Below, in pieces: positions 55,744 through 64,000 of a stretch of 64,000 bases of DNA (position 1 is the first letter of the stretch; each line of letters starts with the position of its first letter). The notes beneath the pieces are model-generated. The model made no database searches and had not been told where the DNA came from. It worked only from the letters and a program-made list of their open reading frames with translations. The stretch is from Eledone cirrhosa (Eukaryota), in contig OZ024741.1 of NCBI GenBank assembly GCA_964016885.1, positions 399,280,001-399,344,000 on the forward strand, given 5' to 3'. Position numbers and translations under genes: made by a program.

Positions 55744-56004
55744 TGAAGGCGCATGGCTTAGTGGTTAGAGCATTGGGCTTGCAATCGGAAGGTTGTGAGT
55801 ACAATTTTCGGACAGGGTGATGTGTTGTTTCTTTGAGCAAGACACTTTATTTCACGTTGCTCCAGTTTACTCAGTTGTAGGAATGAGATTATAGGACTGG
55901 GGTCCCTATCATTAATCCCCCAAGACACCTCCAACGAGATATACCTTGGAGGAGGCCAGCTTAACCTGCATAGGTGTGAGCTGTCACACACACCACACAC
56001 ACAC
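55744..56004 (+). mobile_element. CORE-like tRNA SINE
   Basis: Same family as 1630-1953. Confidence 0.85.
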
Positions 56005-56144
56005 ATAAAAGGAGCTCAGGAAGTTACTAGAATCTGTGAGAATCGCCGTTAAGTCAAAGGAAGTCGTTGAGAACCGGTTGTCGATTCTCAGATGTCGACT
56101 CCATCATAAAACTATTTCACTTTGGTTATTTAAGTATTTAATGT

Positions 56145-56260
56145 GAAATAATAACCTGGGACGATTTGATAAATTCCGACCTTACGCACTTGCACCTCTC
56201 TAAGACAATGTCACTGGACCGAGAACTTTGGCGCCACGCAGTAATACAGCCTTGCCTATG
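56145..56260 (+). pseudogene. Short RTE-like 3' fragment
   Basis: TWDDLINSDL..MSLDRELWRHAV. Confidence 0.45.
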
Positions 56261-56378
56261 TACAATACGAAACCTACAGTCAGTAAGCACCTCTTAACCA
56301 AATATACACCCCAACCCACTACCCCTACTCCATCCTCCCACTCCCACCAACACCACCCTTTCTCTATAAGTTTGGACA

Positions 56379-58367
56379 AACTGTGTCAAAATTAGCTACT
56401 CCTGCGGCCCCCCTATTAAATCTTATATCATCAATAAGAAATCACCCAGAGAACATCAACATTTTCTCCTGTAGAGTCAAAAGCGAATGCCCATTACAAG
56501 GTAAATGCAACACCAAAATCATTGTATATGCGGCTAAAGTGACAACCATCAGCAACAACCTACCACCCACCAGCGAACGATATGTGGGTATGACACAAGA
56601 CAAATTCAAAACGCCTTATTACTCACATGTCGCATCTTTCCGACATCCAGAAAAAAGATTCACAACAGCTCTGGCTAGCAGAATATGGGATTTGAAAGAC
56701 CAAGGTATCCAATATAAATTGGATTGGTAAATTTTGAACCAATCTAAAGAATATGCAAGAGGAACAAGAAGATGCACACTCTGCATAAGTGAAAAATATT
56801 GGATTTTACAGAACCTTAAATCACCAAAAACCTGCCTAAATACAAAAAACAGAAATGTTCACCAGTTGGTCACACATGAAATCATACTTGCTTTCCAGCT
56901 CATATAAACTTAACTCACTTTCAGATACTTATCCTCCATAAACTCTTATTCTTCACTTTCCTTAAATTATCCTCTTTACAGACTTCTCTTTCTGATTTAC
57001 TTTCATTTTTAAATTTATTTTTAATTTAATTTTTATTTTTATTTTTACTTCACATTTACCAATAAGCCCCTCCTCCTACTTTTCGATTTACTTCCCTAAT
57101 ATCTTCACATTCCACAGTTTACTTTTCCATTTTCTTTCACTACCTGATATCACATGTCACTTGCATTTTCCACTCCAGATATATTCTGTTGTTTCGCAGC
57201 CGATTTCATATTTGTACTCATTTATTCATACGGCTGGTTTATAATCTGTATCTATGCGTGTGAGTGTGCATATGTGTGTATACGATCTGTATATGTATAC
57301 GAACGCCTCCGTATGTGTGCGTGCGTAGTATATATATGTGTGTGTATGTGTGTTTTTATATCTATGTTTTTATATCTATGTTTTTTACATACTTATTTAT
57401 ACGTGTGTGTGTATGTGGGTGAATGTATGTTTATGTGTATGTATATGTGTGTATATGTATACGTATGTATGGGTGTGTATGTATATATGTATATATATAT
57501 ATAGTCGCGTACGTGCGTGTGATTAGATATACATGTGGCGATATATATATATACGTGCCTCGTGTGTATATATGTACGCATGCATGCGCTTTTGTCTGTA
57601 CGTATTTGTGTGTATAAATATTTATATATATATATGTGTGTGTACGTGCGTACCTATGTTTGTTTTCTTTTTTCTAGTGTTAATTGATTACTTTCTCTTT
57701 GATTTAAAAATGTTTTTCATTCTCATATATTGTTTCATTTTTATATATATATCGAGAATGACACTTCTTTTTACTATTACACTCCCTTCTCCCTTTATCT
57801 TCCGCATATAAGTGACTGCGCGCGTGTGTGTGTGTGTTTATACGCGAGCTTTCATACTCGTATGTGTATTTAATACCTGTATCTGGATGCGTGTTAACTA
57901 TATTATCTTACAATTTCTTTTTCAACTCATATTATATACGTATTTGTGGTCACATATACACAAATATACTTGCCCTCATATATGTACTTACGCACACATT
58001 TTCACCATACACATGCATTTGTACATACTCACATATGTACATTTGTGAGTGTATATACATACATATACACATACCCTAACTCTATTTCCTTATTTTTTCA
58101 TATATCTCTTGCATTACTTTTATTTATATATTTTTTTCCCGTTAAACTCTTGCCTTTCTTGAGGAGACTTTTCAAATATTTCACTATGTTTTAAATTGCC
58201 TTGTCCGATGAACGAATGAGGACGTTTTTCGTATTCGTCTTATTCGGGAAACCTCTGGTAATGAGGTAATTATATTGTATTGTTTATTATACATAAAATT
58301 TTGCTCTGGTACTTACATAGAGCACTCTTCACTCCTATGACTTTTTCAATTTTCAACGGAAACTTCA

Positions 58368-58372
<5 letters not shown>
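56379..58372 (+). mobile_element. 5'-truncated PLE family 2 copy (GIY-YIG remnant, long 3' UTR, pLTR)
   Basis: Collinear with 45146-46651; ECPLQGKC..IVY..YVG..CTLCISEK with a premature TAA at 56728. Confidence 0.9.
58194..58271 (+). ncRNA. PLE family 2 pLTR HHR (CCGATGA)
   Basis: Same sequence as 46549-46626. Confidence 0.75.
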
Positions 58373-58418
<46 letters not shown>

Positions 58419-58447
58419 AGTAGAAACACACCAGTTAGTTCACCATA

Positions 58448-58488
58448 CCGAGAACAATTGTTTCACCATAAGCGGATCTTCAGCTCGG
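58448..58488 (-). ncRNA. Minimal HHR (family H4), canonical core
   Basis: CCGAG-CTGAAGA-TCC..GGT-GAAA-CAATTG-TT-CTCGG. Confidence 0.85.
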
Positions 58489-58499
58489 ACCATATATAA

Positions 58500-58539
<40 letters not shown>

Positions 58540-60076
58540 CCTAAACTCTGATAGAGATTGAACTTCTAGCTACACTTTATAACCAGAAATCCCAACACAC
58601 ATACCGACTGAGCCACCAGGCGTCCCTATTTACTCTGATTACCCACGACTTAACCCGGAATTTACACACACACACGCACACACTATATGCATATACATAT
58701 ATACATATGTGTGTTTGTGTGTATGTGTGTGTAAGAAATAACACTAATACAGCGTAGTTCAGACTAAAGGCATATCTGGCCTAGTATAAACTCTGTTTGT
58801 TTTACATTTATTCTGAGTTAAAGTGTCAATGAAACGCATATTTATGATTTTTATGCATAAAACGTCAAAAATCTATATTCTTTTTGCATCAAGAACCAGG
58901 ATTAGTTTAATCTATATATTTTAATCTTTCCTTATGAAAGATTTAGATGAAAAATAAAAAAAATATTACAAAGAAAGAATAATTATATTCTCGTATAAAT
59001 TTATGAAAAATAAAGTTCAGTTTTTATGAAACAAAATAAATATCAGACTTGCCAGCCTCTAAAAACCCTAATTGGGAGTACCATGAAAAAAAGTGCCCCA
59101 AGACGGGGAGAAATGAGGTAAAATGGGGGAATTTTTTCATAATGAAAGTTATATCCATTTTCATAACAGGAGACATTTCTCACTCATCCCAAAGTGGGTG
59201 AGAGATCTACCCTCCCCGCTGGACGGGGAGAGTCAACAGATCTGAAGTGTAAAGACTAAAGTTTGTTGTGTTATAAATATGTGAAGTTTGAGATAAATAA
59301 ACTTGAATTTATGATCACATCAAAATTTTAAAAAGCCATATATATTTCTGGAATATTAAAAGAAATATTTAGCACAGAACAATTAACTATTTGCGAAAAT
59401 GTTTCAAAACTGCTCCAGTTGGTCTATAAACATAAATATTTGTTAAAATGTATTCTTGCTGTTTAAGAGAGGGATATGAAAACATCACTGCTGTGTTGAC
59501 ATTTAGAAATTATGACAACCATGGTTGTAAAAAAATAAAATATCTTTCATGAAAATACCGCTTAGAACAACTACAACGCGTTTTGTTTTTCTAGAATACC
59601 CAGCAAAGTTGTCAAAACACAACAGAGATTTTTTACCAAAATGTCTGTATGTTAAATGTAAAAGATAAACTTTTATAAAAGAAGATCATATATTAACATT
59701 TATCTAATTGGCATCGGGTCACTGGTGTTTACTATTTTAAACACTGGGGTATACGCTGAGAGACTGTTTCATTCCTAGTTAGGAGATATCTACGATAACT
59801 AAACTTAATATGAGGCAACTATTTTCATGGAGGTATCTAACCATCTCAAGTGTATCTCCGATGACGGAATAGATAACTACATCAACTGAACTACAGTGTA
59901 TTAAAGTGTTATTTAAATATTTTCATAGCATAGTGATCTGTATCACAGAAGCTCAACAACTAACAACTGCAGTAACTCGCATCTTCCCCAAATCGGAGCT
60001 CATCCACTCAACGCAATGCTAGGCTACTCCTTTCGTCTTACTCATCAAGTACTCTCAATTATACACACACACACAC

Positions 60077-60158
<82 letters not shown>

Positions 60159-60245
60159 TGTATATATATACATACATTTATACATAATTATAAACCCATA
60201 CTAGCGTGGAAGATAGACGTTAAACGATGATGATGATGATGATGA

Positions 60246-60276
<31 letters not shown>

Positions 60277-60280
<4 letters not shown>

Positions 60281-60474
60281 AAAATGTTCAACCCCGAAGG
60301 CAGAGCTCAAGCCGCTTCGACGGCTTGAGCTCTGCCTCCAGAAACAGCCGTCGAAACGGCTTGAGCTCTGCCGTCGAGGTTGAACATTTTCCTATTATCC
60401 ACTCTATTGCCCTAAGTATTGAGTACTCTGGTGCGTTATGGTCCATCTGGTTCCTTACCACTTTTCCTTCATTA
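60277..60474 (+). mobile_element. Family H1 fold-back element
   Basis: Hairpin plus tail, TA-flanked. Confidence 0.8.
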
Positions 60475-60513
60475 TATATATATACATTTATACATATATA
60501 TATATACATTTAT

Positions 60514-60632
60514 TTAAACTTTAATCTGTTATTTTAATAAATATTTGCTCTAGGGTTCTTATATATTTGATATATATTTATCCTTATCGAGCCCTCTTTG
60601 GATTTTAGTCTTCACATTTATTATTATTACTA
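60514..60632 (+). mobile_element. Solo 3'-terminal fragment of the family 1 PLE pLTR
   Basis: Reverse complement of 14036-14154 with a few substitutions. Confidence 0.85.
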
Positions 60633-60842
60633 TATATATATATATATATATAAAGTAAGTAGGATTGAAATCAGTATTGCAGCATGTATATAACATTTAT
60701 TAGCGTATTACAATCGTTTCAATACCAATCCGCCCAGGGTACAATCATGAGGACCGGGGCCCGATTCTTCCTTGACATCTAAAATATGCGAGTTTATATG
60801 TGTAAAGAGACATTATGGTTGCATACGTAACAGACACACACA

Positions 60843-61028
60843 TAATTGTTTTTACTTTTGGCACAAGGCCAGCAATTATCGCAGTACATTACTGGTATAT
60901 TATTTTATCTACCCCGTAAGGATGAATGGTAAAGTTAACCTTGGCAGGATTTGAACTCAGAATGGCAAGGGCCGTAACTTTCTCCTGCAAAGCATGTGTC
61001 CAACCCTCTACCGATTCTGCCAATTCAC
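60843..61028 (-). mobile_element. Meta-like SINE
   Basis: Consensus match. Confidence 0.8.
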
Positions 61029-61206
61029 ATGGAAATAACATCTACATGACTAGAACTGTTTCATTCGTAAGAAGGTCCTGTACGAATGAAACGGTTATAG
61101 TTCTGGAGGAGTTGTTTCTATAATAAAATATATATACCTATACTCTACAGACGTATTGAGTACCTTTTTTAATTGTGGTCCCTTCACAATATACATCGGG
61201 AATCCA

Positions 61207-61268
<62 letters not shown>

Positions 61269-61275
<7 letters not shown>

Positions 61276-61673
61276 ACATACGGTATATTGCCAAATATAC
61301 TATACGTACGTTCATGTATACATCGCTAATTCAGAGCAACAATCCTAATACTAATTTTTGCTGGACCGGCAATCGCTCTGTATAATCAGCTCCTGATTAT
61401 TACTGGAATTCTATAAGAACCCAGCTTCTATAATTTTAGGCGAAAGCAGGGGAGTACGTGGCTCCGATGAACGCCAACCAACGTGAAACAGACTATCAGC
61501 TTATCTCCCTTCTTTCACCGAAAAGAAGTAAGTGACATTGTCACTACTTTAAAACTGATAGCGTATGGTCTTCTAAATGGTTTTAAATTAAACATACAGT
61601 ATATTGCCAAATATACAAATATACTATACATACATTCATGTATACATCGCTATTTCAGAGCACCAATCCTAAT
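61269..61673 (+). mobile_element. Retrozyme-like element: ~85-bp terminal direct repeats (period 316) and an internal HHR
   Basis: AAATTAAACATAC.GTATATTGCCAAATATAC at 61269 and 61585; TA-flanked. Confidence 0.8.
61460..61501 (+). ncRNA. HHR-like motif with CCGATGA core
   Basis: GGCT-CCGATGA-ACG..CGT-GAAA-CAGACTA-TC-AGCT, extended by GGGAG/CTCCC. Confidence 0.65.
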
Positions 61674-61710
61674 ATATATATATATATATATATATATAGG
61701 ATAACAAGAT

Positions 61711-61750
<40 letters not shown>

Positions 61751-62083
61751 AATGTAACATTAAATGTGTTACAATTATGTGCTTCTCAATAAATTATCTC
61801 AATAGACAATATCCAGAGCAATATTAAGTCAAAAGTAGAAGAAATATCTAAATATAGTGAGAGAAGACAGAATATATTTTATATAGACTAAATACATATT
61901 ACAGAGAAGAACATGTACTCAAGATGGAATCAATAGAGACCTTACGGTGCAATTTCGTTAACTATAAACTGATTTAAAATAGATATATGTGAACGGATAT
62001 CGGTCACAAACTATCGATTAAGATTAAACCACAGCAGACTCAGAAAACTCGTCAGAGATATCGTCTTTAGCATTCTAATGGAA

Positions 62084-62263
62084 ATATATAAGCAAAAAAG
62101 TAGTATATAGAGCAATATACTTGCAGATATTTGGAGAGAAGTTTACCATGCCACACCATGTTGAAAATCACATGGGAAAACTGATGGTGTAACTATGACA
62201 ACGAGGACGACGACATAATATGTATTTAGTATTCAATATATTGTGTTTTCTCTGGATATATGG

Positions 62264-62300
<37 letters not shown>

Positions 62301-62520
62301 CAAGTTTAAGATATATATATATAGAGAGAGAGAGAGAGAACCATATATCCAGAGAAAACACAATATATTGAATACTAAATACATATTATGTCGTCGTCCT
62401 CGTTGTCATAGTTACACCATCAGTTTTCCCATGTGATTTTCAACATGGTGTGGCATGGTAAACTTCTCTCCAAATATCTGCAAGTATATTGCTCTATATA
62501 CTACTTTTTTTGCTTATATA
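62084..62520. repeat. Near-perfect inverted repeat with ~215-bp arms
   Basis: Arms are reverse complements around the loop ACAAGTTTAAG near 62300-62310. Confidence 0.9.
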
Positions 62521-62528
62521 TATATATA

Positions 62529-62701
62529 TAGGAAAATGTTCAGGACCCCGACGGCAGAGCTCAAGCCGTTTCGACGGCTATTAACGACTTGAGCTCAGCC
62601 GTCGGTGTCCTGAACATTTTCCTATTACCCACTCTACTACTCAAAGTATCGAGTACTCTGGTGCGCTATGGTCCACCTGGTTCCTTACCACACTTCCTTC
62701 G

Positions 62702-62704
<3 letters not shown>
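62529..62704 (+). mobile_element. Family H1 fold-back element
   Basis: Hairpin plus tail, TA-flanked. Confidence 0.8.
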
Positions 62705-62739
<35 letters not shown>

Positions 62740-62876
62740 AATGAGTTATTTGGTTTGTTGATTATTCAACAAAGTTAATTTTACAACAGATTAGAAGCAC
62801 TCAACAAGATTTATCTGGAGTATCATTAATATAAATAATATTAATAAATGGAAAATATCTTTATAAAACCATATTT

Positions 62877-62935
62877 ATTTTATTATACGTATTTCAAGGG
62901 TACTAATATTTAAGTACGCTTTCGTCAGATAAAAT
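62877..62935 (-). ncRNA. Type I HHR (family H3) with TACGTA stem III
   Basis: ATTTTAT-CTGACGA-AAG.GTACT..AGTAC.CTT-GAAA-TACGTA-TA-ATAAAAT. Confidence 0.85.
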
Positions 62936-63223
62936 ATAATAATTGGTGTAAAGATATCTTCATATGAACTTAATGTTATAAGTTCAGTGAGGATATCTAT
63001 ATATGAATCCCTGGTTCAATCGGGAGGTGTAACCACTGTAAGGTACTCAATTAGTGGAGTGTAATCATCATGTTTAATACTGAAATGGGGTCTACAGGAA
63101 TAGAACTGTTTCATTCAAAAGAAATAATTATGAAATCTTGATGATTTCTTTTGAATGAAACAGTTGTAGTCCCGCAGAAGCAATTTCTATATTAAACATG
63201 ATATATATATATATATATATATA

Positions 63224-63657
63224 TACAATATTAAATAAATGGAAAACTATATTTATAAAACCATATCTATTTCATTATATATATTTCGGGGATATCATAT
63301 TAACAATATGCTATGCCTTCATCAGACAAAATACAATATAAACAGTTTTATAGATAAATATATTCGACATACCGTAATAAACATCAACTTCATTTGAAGA
63401 GGTTTACTCTAGCAGTAAACCTAGAGGTTACCGTAATAAACATCAACTTCATTTGAAGAGGTTTACTGCTAGAGTAAACCTCTTCAAATGAAGTTGATGT
63501 TTATTACGGTATGTCGAATATATTTATCTATAAAACTGTTTATATTGTATTTTGTCTGATGAAGGCATAGCATATTATTAATATGATATCCCCGAAATAT
63601 ATATAATGAAATAGATATGGTTTTATAAATATAGTTTTCCATTTATTTAATATTGTA
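63224..63657. mobile_element. Fold-back family H3 element carrying two opposed HHRs (63269-63332 minus, 63549-63612 plus)
   Basis: ~200-bp inverted arms; ATTTTGT-CTGATGA-stem II-GAAA-TATATA-TA-ATGAAAT. Confidence 0.85.
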
Positions 63658-63741
63658 AATATACTCCAAGTATTTGTCGAGTGCTTTTATATCAGTTATA
63701 AATATTTACTAGTTGTAACCCAACAATTTTAAATATAACTT

Positions 63742-63776
<35 letters not shown>

Positions 63777-64000
63777 AGGGTTGACGGAACCAGCATATTT
63801 ATCAATGCCAGTACCGGTTGTATCTCAGCCCACTCAATGGGCAATGTAAGATACATTACCAGAGTATACACATAGTTATTTGCCTCAACACAATACACGT
63901 AAAAAAAAAAGAAAAAAAAAAATATATATATATGTGTGTGTGTGTGTGTAAATGAAGTAATTCCGTCGGAAAAGTCCAGGAAAATCCAAATTCAATAAAC

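Noticed and set aside
60700-60760. Minus-strand CTCATGA..GAAA-CGATTG-TA motif
   Set aside because: Core G5 is altered and stem I does not pair; not counted as an HHR
61945-62065. Minus-strand CTGACGA with a distant GAAA
   Set aside because: No UH after the putative stem III and no stem I

Overview
This is AT-rich eukaryotic DNA saturated with microsatellites. The SINE families and the (TA)n/(ATT)n/(CA)n content suggest an octopus-like cephalopod, which is inference only. I see no convincing host gene, and most listed ORFs are translations of simple repeats. Recognisable content: (1) a near-intact Naiad-type Penelope-like element (PLE; RT plus GIY-YIG, one frameshift, 189-bp direct pseudo-LTRs) inserted in (TA)n, and two truncated copies of a second Naiad family; (2) three R4/Dong-like RLE non-LTR retrotransposons in (ATT)n tracts; (3) RTE and L1/Tx1-like 3' fragments; (4) many copies of two tRNA-derived SINE types; (5) a non-autonomous Helitron, two MITEs and several minisatellites. 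The most striking signal is about 18 type I hammerhead ribozyme (HHR) motifs, read by eye on both strands. They lie in the PLE pLTRs and in several families of short non-coding (TA)n-flanked elements. Some of these elements are slightly-more-than-unit-length direct repeats, as expected from reverse-transcribed circular RNAs (retrozyme-like). Others are fold-backs that turn at or near the ribozyme, and one is a pLTR fragment that starts at the predicted cleavage site. All structures were assigned manually, and coordinates of degenerate repeats are approximate.
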